This document shows, piece by piece, positions 13,935 to 25,399 of a stretch of DNA of 64,000 nt (the stretch's first letter is position 1; each line of letters begins with the position of its first letter). The notes beneath the pieces are model-generated. The model did no database searches and was not told where the DNA came from. It was given only the letters and a program-made list of their open reading frames with translations. This stretch comes from Leucoraja ocellata (Eukaryota), in NCBI GenBank assembly GCA_036785375.1, contig JAWMAR010000388.1, positions 1,798,001 to 1,862,000 on the forward strand. The letters are read 5' to 3'. Both the position numbers and the translations under genes were made by a program.

Positions 13935-14935
13935 AGGGAATGAGGAGGGAGAGGGGGAAGAGTGTGGAGGGAGGGGGAGAGTGGGATGGGAGGGGGAGAG
14001 GGGTGGTGGGAGAGAGGGGAAAGACGGAGGGGGGGAGAGAAGTGGAAGAGTGGGGAGGGAGGGAGGGGGGGAGAGGAGTAGCAGGAGTGGTGGAAGAGGG
14101 ACAGGGGGCGTGGTGGAAGAGGGACAGAGGGAAGGGGTGAGGGAGAGGGGAAGGAAGGGGGAGACAGGGGTGGAGGAGGGAGAGGGGTGGGGTAAGGGGA
14201 GAGAAGTGGGAGAGGGAGGGGTAGGGGGAGTGGTGGAAGGGGGCGGGGGAGAGAGGGAAGAGGGTGGGGTAGAGGGAAGAGGTGGGGGAGGGAGGGATGG
14301 GAGAGGGGTGAGGAGAGGGAGAGGGGGAGGAGAGAAGGGGGAGAGCAGTGGACGAGTGGGGAGGGAGGGAAGGGTAGCGGGAGTGGTGGAAGAGGGACAG
14401 AGGGGTAGGGGAAGGGGTGTGACAGGGAGGGGTAGAAAGAGGGGTGAAGGAGGGAGAGGGGTAGGGTAAGGGGAGAGAAGTGGGAGAGGGAGGGGTAGGG
14501 GGAGTGGTGGAAGAGGGACAGAGGGGAAGGGGGCGGGGGAGAGAGGGAAGGGGGTGGGGTAGAGAGGGAAGGGGTGGGGGAGGGAGGGATGGGAGAGGGG
14601 TGAGGAGAGGGAGAGGGGGAGGAGAGAAGGGGAGAGTAGTGGACGAGTGGGGAGGGAGGGAGGGGTAGCGGGATTGGTGGAAGAGGACGGGGAGTGGTGG
14701 AAGAGGGACAGAGGGGTAGGGGAAGGGGTGTGACAGGGAGGGGTAGAAAGAGGGGTGAGGGAGGGAGAGGGGTGGGGTAAGGGGAGAGAAGTGGGAGAGT
14801 GGGGAGGGAGGGGTAGAGGGACTGGTGGAAGAGGGACAGAGTGGTAGGGGAAGGGGCGGGGGGAGAGAGGGAAGGGGGGTGGGGGAGAGAGGGATGGGTG
14901 GGAGAGGGAGAGGGAGAGGGGTGAGGAGAGGGAAA
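13935..14935 (+). repeat. Polypurine G/A-rich low-complexity minisatellite
   Basis: ~1 kb of mostly G/A, with repeated GGAGTGGTGGAAGAGGGACAGAGGG units. Confidence 0.9.
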
Positions 14936-14937
14936 AA

Positions 14938-15272
14938 GAGAAACAGAAATTAAGAGCAGGAGTAGGCCATTCGGCCCTTCTAGTCTGCAACACCATTCAA
15001 TATGATCATGGCTGATCATCCAGCTCAGTACCTGTACCTGCCTTCTCTCCATACCCCCTGATCCCTTTAGCCACAAGGGCCACATCTAACTCCCTCTTAA
15101 ATATAGCCAATGAACTGGCCTCAACTACCTTCTGTGGCAGAGAGTTCCAAGACTCACCACTACCTGTGTGAAAAATGTTTTCCTCATCTCTGTACTAAAG
15201 GATTTCCCCTTTATCCTTAAACTGTGTCCCGCTTGTCCTGGACTTCCCCAACATCGTGAACAATCTTCCTGC
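14938..15272 (-). mobile_element. CR1 3' fragment inside the Helitron (copy 2)
   Basis: Near-identical to 11722-12065, with the same junction into CAGACAAATGCAATTCAGG. Confidence 0.85.
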
Positions 15273-15424
15273 AACAGACAAATGCAATTCAGGACTTTTC
15301 TCTTCACAAGCAAAGTCAGAATGACGGCTAGTGAAGAATTCAAACAATCGCTGAGCGTTCAAGATGCTGCGCGCGCCTCCTGCACCAAAGGGGGGGGGGG
15401 GGGGGGTGCGTGTGTCGTCACACA

Positions 15425-15464
15425 CAAAGATCTTGTACCGGTGAGCTCCGCTATAAGATCTTTG
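15425..15464. mobile_element. 40-bp TIR-only remnant, duplicate copy
   Basis: CAAAGATCTTGTACCGGTGAGCTCCGCTATAAGATCTTTG with TSD GTCACACA (15417-15424, 15465-15472). Confidence 0.85.
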
Positions 15465-16024
15465 GTCACACACTAAGCTCGCGCCTCCACAAACAGATGA
15501 GCGTCTTCTTGAATGGAGACGTGGCCGCATCCACAAACAGTCCACCACACACTGTGGACCCGCCCCCACAAAAAATATTGTGTGAGGAAGGGGAGGAGGA
15601 GGGTGCAGAGGGAGAGGGGGAGGGGGGGAGAAGAGGGGGAGAGAGGTGAAGGGGGGGGGGGGGGGTTGGAGCGGGCGTGCATGAGTCGAGAGAAGAAAGA
15701 AGGGCAGAGAGAGAGAGAGGTTGGTACAACAACAAAAAAGCTGGATAAACTCAGCGGGTGTCTTCTTCCGGGGTTTCGGCCAATGGTGACCATTCAATTC
15801 GCTCCATAGACGCTGCCACACCCGCTGAGTTTTATTCAGCTTTTTTATGTCTACCTTCGATTTTCCAGCATCTGTAGTTCCTTCTTAAAGACAGAGACTG
15901 TGCACGGTAAGGGAATGATGAGGGAGAGGGGGAAGAGTGTGGAGGGAGGGGGAAGAGTGGGATGGGAGGGGGAGAGAGGCGAAAGATTGTGGGAGGGAGG
16001 GGGGGGGTCTAAGCTATTACAGTA

Positions 16025-16437
16025 AATTAAACATTGTCACTAATGCCAGCGTGTTGTAGAGTAATAAGTCTTTAACAAATAATCTCGGAGCTGCCTGTGA
16101 AAAGTTACCGGTACTCGCGGTAAAGTGAAGCCGCGGTCTCAATTAATAAGCGGCCAATTCGCGGTCGTGGAGCCGAGGATGATCTCCGCGGGCGGGCAGG
16201 GGTGGGGAAGGGGGGGGGGGGGGGCTGTACATAGTGCCGTCTGTAGCGGTCGTTTGCTCATTTTCAGACCCTGATAACGGGAGAAAAACGGAGGGATATC
16301 GATCGCTATTTACCGCGAGTACCTAAGTTTCGCGATCGGAGCACTTTTTCCCGGCAAGTTTTCGCAGGCAGCTTCGAGATTATTTGTTAAAGACTTATTA
16401 CTCTACAACAGGCTGGCATTAGTGACAATGTTTAATT
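16025..16437. repeat. Foldback / MITE-like inverted repeat
   Basis: 16025-16111 is the reverse complement of 16351-16437; inner pair 16111-16124 / 16309-16322. Confidence 0.85.
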
Positions 16438-17649
16438 GACCGTGTTATAGTTTAGGCCCTCAATTTCATGAATGACTGAGTGAGTGAGTGAGTGAAAAGT
16501 AGGGACTTTGCTTTCTTGCACTTTAATCCACTTTGCAGCACTTTGTTCAGCCTTTTTTATGCTTTTCCCACTAAATACAATGAACCTGCTGCAAGTTTCC
16601 ATGACATTTATTCTACAGAACAACACATCGGAATCTCCAGTAAAACAGGCATCTGTAATGCCCCCTCAGCCATTTTGTGTGCTTGCCTGAAACAAAGCGC
16701 ATGATTGGCCAACTGGCAGACAACTCAATGTCAAACGTGCTTTCATTGGACTAAAAAATTCCTGACATTTTTCCCGTTTTTCTCTAATTTAATAAAAATG
16801 TGCAAGTCTTCTTCATATCGAGTTTCAGGGGTGATTTATATAAATATTTTTACACAATATGTGAAAATTTCATGTAGTTTAGTGACTTGGGTCACGAAAC
16901 TGCAGAGTAAAGCTCCTCGGCCCACAGCCTATTCCCTGTACTCCCAATATGGCAACAATGTATTTGAACATTGGGCATTGTGACATCACACGATGGAACG
17001 TTCACCGGGGCTGTGGCTCCTGCAAAGGCATATGTAAATGAATCCATTCCGATTGGACATCTGTGAGCATCGGGCATTGTGACATCACACGATGGAACGT
17101 TCACCAGCGGCTTAAACACGACGAAATGTAATGAGGAGCGGATATTTAGAAAGAAAAGCGAAATCTCTACCGAAATGGAAAAGACGTCGGCGATTCTGCG
17201 TCCGGTTTCGGAGTTGCGGTGAATCAAAGGAAGATATGCGGCCAGAAGCCGTACATGCAAATGGATCCATTCCGATTGGACGTCCGCGAGCGTCGGGCAT
17301 CGCGATTGGACGTCCGCGAGCATCAGGCATTGTGACATCGCACGGCGGGAACGAATCGAAAGGCAGGAAGGGATCCTTACGGCAGGCGGTCGGATGNNNN
17401 NNNNNNNNNNNNNNNNNNNNNNNNNNNNNNNNNNNNNNNNNNNNNNNNNNNNNNNNNNNNNNNNNNNNNNNNNNNNNNNNNNNNNNNNNNNNNNNNNNNN
17501 NNNNNNNNNNNNNNNNNNNNNNNNNNNNNNNNNNNNNNNNNNNNNNNNNNNNNNNNNNNNNNNNNNNNNNNNNNNNNNNNNNNNNNNNNNNNNNNNNNNN
17601 NTTTCGTTCAGACCGAAAGGTCTGAATGACAATAAAGGCTACTTTGACT

Positions 17650-20600
17650 TAAACCCCGGTAAACCCCGCTAAGCCCCAGTAAATGCCTGTAAACCCATGT
17701 AGACCCCTCTAGATCCCGGTAAACCCCTATATTGCCCTCTAAAACCATCTACACCCCGTCAACCCCATGTAAACCCCCCCAAACCCCATGTTAACCTCTC
17801 TAAACCCTTCTAAACCCCTCTAAACCCATGTAAACCCCTGTAAAGACCTGTAAACCCCGTGTAAACACCTGGAAACCTCTCTAAAACCCTTGAAACCTCT
17901 GTAAACCCCTCTAAACCTCTCTACACCTGTAAACACCTCTAAACCAAATCCTTCTAAACCTCATGTAAACCCCTGTAAACACCTCTAAACCCATCTAAAG
18001 CCCCCTGTAACCACCATGGAAACTCCCCTAATCCCCTGTAAACCCCACGAAAACCAATACTAAACATCTGTAATCCCCTCTAAATCCATGAAAACCTCTC
18101 TAAACCCCTGTAAACTTCTCTAAACTCGCTAAACCCTTGTAAACCCCTCTAAACCTCTCTACGCCTGTAAACACATGTAAACCCCATGTTAACACCTTTA
18201 AACCCCTGTACACCACTCTAAAACCCTCTAAACACATGTAAACTCCTCTAAACCACGCTAAATCTCTCTAAACACCCGTAAACACATGTAAAGTCATGTA
18301 AACCCATTAAACCCCTCTTAACACATCTAAAACTGTCTAAACCCCCCGCCAACCTCTCCAAACCGCTCTAAACCTCTCCAGACTCCTCCAAACCCCTGAA
18401 CACCCCTCAAAACCACTCCAAGCCCCTCTAAACCGATATAAAGCCATCTACACCCTTACAAACACCTGTATACTACATGTAACCCCCTCTAAACCCTGTG
18501 AACCACTCTAAACACATCTGTACCCCCAATAAAGCCGACTAAACCCGTCTAAAACCATGTAAAATCTCTCAAAACACTAAACCTCTGTAAACCCCATGTA
18601 ATCCCCCGCTAAACCCCTCTAAACCCCCCTGCAAACCTCTTTAACACCCTCTACAGCCATCTAAACCCTTCTAAACCTATCTAAACACCTGCGAACAACT
18701 GTATACCACTCTAAACCCCTCTAAACTCATCTAAAATACTCTAAACCATTCTAAACGCCTGTAAATCTCTCTAAACCCCTGTAATTCGCACTAGCCCATA
18801 AACCCCCTGTAAACCCCATGTAAACCCCCAGAACACATGTACACCCCATGTAAAACCTCTCTACACACATCTAAAACCCCTGTAACCTCCAAGTAAACCC
18901 TCCTAAACGCCTCTAAACCCCGTGTAAACCCATTCAACACCCTCTAAAATTGTCTAAACCCCTCTAAACCTCTCTAAACACATGCAAACACCTGTAAACC
19001 TCTCTAACCCCCTCTAAACTCATCTAAAACACTCTAAACCACTCTAAACGCCTGTAATTCCCTCTAAAGCCCTGTAAATCCCACTAACCTCTCTAAACCC
19101 CCTGTAAACCCCATGTAAACCCCCCTAAACTCATGTAAAACCTTCTAATCCCCTGTAAACATCTCGAAAACCTTCTAAACCCCTCTAAACCTCTCTAAAT
19201 ACCTGTAAACACCTGTGAACACATGTAACTCCCTCCAAACACGTCTAAACCCATCTAAAAACCTCTAAACCCCTCTAAACCCCTGTAAATCCCTCTAAAC
19301 CCCATGTAAATCCCTCTAAACCCCTCCAAACCACTCTAACCCCCTCGAAATTCATCCAAACTGCTTTAAACCTCCTCAAATCCCGGCAAACCCCTCCAAA
19401 GCCCCCCGAACCCATGTAAACCCCTCTAAACTCTCGTGAACCACTCTAAATGCCTCTAAACCGCTACAAGGCCCGGTGAACCTGTCAAAACCCCTGTAAA
19501 GCCCTGTAACACCTATACAGCCCTGCAAATCCCTCTAAACCCATCTAAACCCCCTGTAAACCCCATGTAAACCCACCAAAACCACTGTAAACTCATATAC
19601 CACATGTAAACCACTCTAAACCCTGTAATCCTCGGTACAACCTTCTAAACATCTGTACACACAGGTAAACCCTGTCGAAATTCCTCTAAACACCCTGTAA
19701 ACCTCTCTAAAACCCTCTAAACATCGGTAAACCCCTCTAAACCCCATGTCAACTCCCTAAACACCTGCAAACATTTCTAAAACACTCTAAACACCACTAA
19801 ACACCTCTAAACCACTCTAAACCTCTCTAAATATCTGTAAACACCTGTAAATTCCTCTAAACCGATGTAAATCCCTCTAAACCCCTCCAAACCCCTCTAA
19901 CCACCTCCAAAGCCCTCCAAACCCCTATGAAGCCCTCTAAACCCCCTATAAACACCCTGTAAACCCCATGTAAACCCTTCCAAACCCCTCTAAATCCATC
20001 TAAATCCCCTGTAAACCCCTGTAAGATACTATAACCCCATGTAAACCCACTAAACCCCGGTAAAACCCATGTAAACCTCCCTAAACCACTGTAAACCTCT
20101 CTAAACCCCTATAAAGCCTTGTAAACCCTTCTAATCCCATCTAAACCCCCTGTAAGCACCATGGAAACCCCCATAAACCCCTGTAAACCCCGTGTAAAAC
20201 CCCCTAAACCCTGTAAAGCCTATTAATCCTCTGTAAACATCTTTAAAACCCACCAAACCCCTCTAACCCACTCTAAACCACCAAACCTCTCCAAACCTCT
20301 CCAGACCCCTCCAAACCGCCCCACACCCCTCTAAACCCCTATAACCCCTCCCTGTAAACCTCATGTAAACCCCTCTAAATCCATGTGAACCACTCTAAAC
20401 GCCTATAAACCGCAATGAAGCCCGCAAAAAACCTCTAAACCCATATAAACCTCTCTAAACCCCTATAAAGCCTTGTAAACCATTCTAAACCCATCTAAAC
20501 CCCCAGTAAGCAACATGGAAATCCCCCTAAATCCCTGTAAACCCCGTGTAAAATCCCCTAAACCCCTGTAAACCATTGTAAACGCATGTAAACCTCTCTA

Positions 20601-22635
20601 AACATCCCTAACCCCTGTAAACAACTCTAAATCCCTCTAAACCACTACAAGCCCTTGTACACCCCCTGTAAATGCATCTGAACCCCCCTAAACACCTCTA
20701 AACCCCGGTAACCGCTCTAAACCCCTGTGAACCTCTCTAAACCACTCCAAACCTCTCTAAACCTCCTGTAAACCCATGTAGAACCCCTAAACCCCTGTAA
20801 ACCTCTCTAAACCCCTCTAAAGCCGTCTAAACCCCCCTCTAAACACCCGCAATCATCTGTAAACCCCTCTAAACCCATCTAAAACGCTCTAAACCCATCT
20901 GAACCCCTGTAAATCCCTCTAAACACTTGTAATCCCTGGTAAACCTCGCTAAGCCCCAATAAACGCCTGTAAACCCCTTTAGATCCCTGTAACCCCCTCT
21001 AAACCTCTATAAACACCCTATAAAGACCTCTAAACCCATCTATACCCAAGTAAACACCTGTAAAGACCTGTAAACCCCACGTAAACCCGTCTAAACACCT
21101 GTAAACCCTCTAAAACCCTGTAAAGCCTACTCAACAGCTGAAAACATCTCTAAACCTCTAAGACCCTTTAACCCGCTCTAAACCACGCTAAACCTCTCTA
21201 AATACATGTAAACACCCGTAAACACCTGTAAAACGCGCTAAACCCCTGTAAATCTCTCTAAACCCCTCCAAACTGCTCTAAACCTCTCCATACACCCCCA
21301 AACACCATGCAAACCCCCTCTAAATCCCTTCAAAGCCCTTCAAAGACCCCGCAAATCCCCAGTAAACGCCGGTAAACCCCTTTAGATCCCTGTAAACCCC
21401 TCTAAACTCATGTAAACCTCTCTAAAACCCTCTAAACCCCCTGTAAACCATACTAAATCTCGCTACACCTGTAAATCCCTCTCCACCTGTAAACACCTGT
21501 AAACCCCTATAAACCTCTCTAAAACCCTCTAAACACGTGTAAACCCCTCGAAACCCCTGTAAAGCCTACTAAACACCTGTAAATATCTCTAAAACCCTCT
21601 AAACCATTTAAACCGTTCTAAACCCCTCTAAACCCATCTAAAACCCTCCGAACCACTCTAACCCCCTCCAAATCCCTCCAAACTGCTCTAAACTGCACTA
21701 AACCTCTCCAGAGACCTCCAAACTCCTGCAAGCCCCCTCTACATCCATCCAAAGCCCTCCAAAGCCAACCAAACACATATAAAGCCATCTAACCCCCCAT
21801 AACACCCTGTAAACCCCATGTAAACCAACCTAAACCGCAGTTAGTTACTCGAGACGTCTCTAAACCCTTATAAAGCCCGCTAAACCCCTTAAAACCCCAT
21901 GTAAACACCATGTAAACCCCCAAAACCACTGGAAACTCCTCTCAACCCTTGTAAACCTGTTAATCTCTCTAAAACCGTCTAAGCACCTATAAACACGCGT
22001 AACCCCTATGTAAACCCCTCTAATCCCCTGTAAACCTCTCTAAAACACCCTAAACGCCTGTAAACCACTATAAACCTCTGTAAACCCCTCTAATCCCCTC
22101 TAAACACATATAAAACCCACTAAACCCCTCAAAACCCATCTACCCCCCCAAACCCCGTAAACCCATGTAAACATCTCTAAACAACTATAAAAGCCCTCTA
22201 AACCCCTAAAAACCCATCAAAACATCTGTAAACACGTAAACCCCCTAACCCCCTGTAAATCCTTTAAACCCATATAAACCCCTGTACATACCTCTGAACC
22301 GCTGTACATCCCTCTAACCTCATCTAAACACCTCTAAACACTTGTAAACCCCGGTAAACCCCGCTAAGCCCCAGTAAACGCCAGTAAACCCCTCTAGATC
22401 CCTGTAAACCTCTGTAAACCTATCTAAACACACCATATATACCTCTAAACCCCTCTAAACCCCTGGAAACCCCTCTAAAACCATCGAAACCTCTGTAAAC
22501 CCCTCTAAACCTATAAACACCTGCAAACCCCTTGAAACCTCTCTAAACCCCCTAAAACGCCCTCTAAACCCCAGTAGGCCCATCTAAACCCCGTGTATAC
22601 CCCATGTAGGCCCCCTTAAACCCCTGTAAACCCCC
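17650..22635. repeat. Continuation of the ~10-bp TAAACCCCTC satellite
   Basis: Same unit and orientation as 1-11320. Confidence 0.95.
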
Positions 22636-22834
22636 GGAGGGTGGGGGGGGGGGGGGGGGCGGCGGGGTGCGGCGGCGGCGGCTGGGACGGCGGCAGCAGC
22701 AGCGACAGCGGCGGCCTGGCCACGGAGCTGGGGCGGCGGCCCGGACTCGGAGCAACAATTTTTTTGCGCCCCTAAAAATTTAGCGCCCGGGGCAACCGCC
22801 CCACTGCCCCCTCCCTCCCCACGCTACGCCACTG
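22636..22834. mobile_element. Truncated hAT-like DNA transposon end
   Basis: Ends in GCTACGCCACTG, a typical hAT-family terminus; partner end not seen. Confidence 0.5.
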
Positions 22835-22839
22835 GCTGT

Positions 22840-22990
22840 TTCTACCAAAGGTTGTATCTACCAAGGGATGTGTTTACCCAGGGTTGTGTTTACCAATGGT
22901 TGTGTCTATCGAAGGTTATGTCTACCAAGCTTTGTTTCGACCAAGTTGTGTTCATACCAAGGGTTGTGACTACAAAAGGTTGTGTCTATC
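22840..22990. repeat. Degenerate 16-bp tandem repeat (~9 copies, TCTACCAAGGGTTGTG)
   Basis: Direct reading of units. Confidence 0.75.
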
Positions 22991-23103
22991 TCGTGGGTCT
23001 GGTGCAAAAGGGGCGAGCCTGGAGCGTAGAGTGTGAACCTCGTCCGCAAACTGTGAGCCGGGCGCACAAGCTGCGAGCCAGGTGCGAAAAGAGCGAGTCT
23101 CAG

Positions 23104-23247
23104 TAAATGGTGAATTAGTGGAGCGCACCAATAAATGGTGAATTAGTGGAGCGCAACATTAAATGGGGAATTAGTGGAGCGCAACATTAAATGGGGAATT
23201 AGGGGAGCGCATCATTAAATGGGGAATTAGGGGAGGGCACCAGTAAA
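23104..23247. repeat. 28-bp minisatellite, 5 copies (TAAATGGKGAATTAGKGGAGCGCAMCAW)
   Basis: Direct tandem copies without spacers. Confidence 0.9.
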
Positions 23248-23249
23248 CA

Positions 23250-23700
23250 GTGGCGCAGCCGTAGAGTTGCTGCCTCACAGGTTCAGAGACCCGGGTTCGA
23301 TTCCGACCACCGCCGCCGTCTGCGCGGTTAATACGTTCTCCCCGTGACCGCGTGGATTTTCTCCAGAGATGCTGCCTGCCCCGCTGTTACTGCAGAGTTT
23401 TGTGACCACATGTGTTAGATCTGCGTTTCTGATCTCAAGCTATCCAGCACGGTGGCACAGCGGTAGAGTTGCTGCCTGACAGCGCCAGAGACGCGGGTTC
23501 AATCCCGACTAAGTGCTGTCTGTGTGGAGTGTGCACGTTCTCCCCGAGACCACGAGGATTTTCTCCGACATCTTTGGTTTCCTCCCGAACTCCAAAGACG
23601 CACAGGCTTGTAGATCTACGGGTTTAAATGTAAATTGTCCCCAGTGTCTGTAGGACATCGATTATGTGTGGGGGTCGCTGGTCAGTGCCGACTCGCACAG
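23250..23700 (+). mobile_element. Two tRNA-derived V-SINE (HE1-like) copies
   Basis: A box TGGCGCAGCCG / TGGCACAGCGG, B box GGTTCGATTCC / GGTTCAATCCC, V-domain CACGTTCTCCCC...GGTTTCCTCCC. Confidence 0.8.
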
Positions 23701-23837
23701 TTCCTTTTCGAGACCCTTTTACCCACAGATGCTGTCTGTCACGCTGGGTTACTCCAGCTTTTTGTGTGTATCTTCGGTTGAAAGCAGCATCTGCAGCTTC
23801 TACATGTGTGAAGCAGTACTTACGTCTGGATATTTGC

Positions 23838-24025
23838 GGGGTTTAGAGGAGAATTAGAGGGGATTAGATAGGTTTGGGGGGTTTTGAGTGGTTTCGAAGT
23901 GTTTAGAGGGGGTTTCGTTGGGCATAGAGGAGTCTAGAGGAGTTTCAAGGGGTTTAGAGGGGCTTAGGGGGGTTTAGAGGTATTTCGAGGTGTTTAGACG
24001 GGTTTAAAGGTGTTTAGAGGGGTTA
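23838..24025. repeat. Short block of the same satellite in inverted orientation (GGGGTTTAGA)
   Basis: Reverse complement of the main satellite unit. Confidence 0.9.
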
Positions 24026-24203
24026 CTCTATGCATTCACAATAATATATGAATGCATAATTTCGACTGGTAACTGCGCACTTCATCCGAGCACGCTTCAT
24101 GCAAGCCATCTTAAATGACTACCTAAAATGTCATTTGGCAACCTAAAAAGCTGCCGAGGTTGCCCGGCTGGCAACAGGGAAAAAAGGTTAAGCGAGAGCC
24201 CTG
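24026..24203. mobile_element. Truncated hAT-like transposon end
   Basis: Ends in TTAAGCGAGAGCCCTG (CAGGG-type terminus). Confidence 0.45.
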
Positions 24204-24413
24204 TGTCTCCTCCCCTTCCTACCTCCGCCTTCGAGCTCCTCCTCCTTTTTCCTTTCTTCTCACCGCCTCCCCCCACCCCCTATTAGTCTGAAGAAGGGAT
24301 TCGGCCCGAAACGTTGCCTATTTCCTTCGCTCCATAGATGCTGCTGCACCTGCTGAGTTTCTCCAGCATTTTTGTGTACCTTCGATTTTCCAGCATCTGC
24401 AGTTCCTTCTTAA
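24204..24413 (+). mobile_element. Penelope-like element terminal repeat with minimal hammerhead-like motif
   Basis: CTGAAGA-AGGG-ATTCGG-CCC-GAAACGTT at 24288-24315; similar module adjoins the GIY-YIG ORF at ~62540. Confidence 0.7.
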
Positions 24414-24419
24414 GCAATT

Positions 24420-25113
24420 TCCCTCCGAGCTGTTTCTTTGCCCCTTCCTCGCGGCCTACCTCGGGCTGGAGCTGCGTTTCCCGTCGGTACCAGCTGGGAC
24501 TGCAGCTTCGGCGGTGGCACAGCGCTGGGACACCAACATGGAGCGGGTGATGCCCTACCCGGGTCGCCGTGCGGTAAGCTCCGGAGTGCGGTCACCGCCA
24601 ACTAACATCCGAGGAGTTGTGGCTGCGGGCGTCCAGCCGCAGGCGGTGCTGGATTTGGAGCACCGTGGAGCCTGGGATCCGAGATCGCCAGAGTCGAAGC
24701 TCCAGTCAGCGCGGCCTGAGGACTTCGGGAGCCGCGGTCTCCAGGGAGGAAGTGGCCGCTCCTGACATTTCCAAGACGCTGAGGAGTGTTCACCTGACGC
24801 CGGAGTTCCAGCTTCCCGGCAAGAGGGCCTGAAAACATCGGACTGGCTGTGGAGGCCACAATTGGGCCCCGACCTCGAGTGATTCACAGAGGAAGACTTA
24901 ACTTTCTGGTGCCTTTCCCCACAGTGGACATTTTTGATTCTGTTATGGGGGGGACGTTCTTGTTGAATTCTATAATGTGTTGTGTCATTTTTCTCTTTTT
25001 TAATTTTTCTATAGATGTACGGAAACTTTATTGTTTCTTTTGTGTAAAGCACTTTAGTTTCAACGCGAGTTGATTTAAACGTGTTATATAAATAAAATTT
25101 ACTTACTTACTTA
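24420..25113 (+). mobile_element. GC-rich non-autonomous retroelement with AATAAA-(ACTT)n tail
   Basis: Tail AATAAAATTTACTTACTTACTTAC; architecture like 56575-57265. Confidence 0.5.
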
Positions 25114-25119
25114 CAAGGA

Positions 25120-25395
25120 AACTATGTGTATCATTAAGATCCCCTCTCATCCTTCTAAATTCCAGAGTATACAAGCCCAGCCGCTCCATTCTCTCAGCAT
25201 ATGACAGTCCCGCCATCCCGGGAATTAACCTTGTGAACCTACGCTGCATTCCCTCAATAGCAAGAATGTCCTTCCTCAAATTAGGGGACCAAAACTGTGC
25301 ACAATACTCCAGGTGTGGTCTGACTAGGGCCCTGTACAACTGCAGAAGGACTACTTTGCTCCTATACTCTTCTTATTATAAAGGCCATGCAAACC
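25120..25395 (-). mobile_element. CR1 ORF2 fragment
   Basis: YRALVRPHLEYCAQFWSP motif. Confidence 0.85.
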
Positions 25396-25399
25396 TCTT

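Larger units (their letters stand above)
11442..17396 (-). mobile_element. Non-autonomous Helitron (~6 kb); 5' end probably inside the gap 17397-17601
   Basis: Minus-strand 3' terminus: hairpin CAGACCC-AAC-GGGTCTG, 8 nt, then CTAG followed by host T; the host element resumes after the gap. Confidence 0.7.

Noticed and set aside
12642-15085. Long Pro/Gly/Arg-rich ORFs (180-391 aa)
   Set aside because: Stop-free frames through minisatellite and polypurine tracts, open in several frames at once.
1-22635. Satellite as an Ig switch region (G-rich on the IgM non-template strand)
   Set aside because: It lies 3' of the whole gene rather than in the J-C intron and is not AGCT-rich.
23104-23247. 28-bp repeats as a CRISPR array
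   Set aside because: Copies are directly adjacent with no unique spacers, there are no cas genes, and the context is vertebrate.
23250-23520. tRNA genes
   Set aside because: The A/B boxes belong to SINE heads followed by V-SINE bodies; no cloverleaf is evident.
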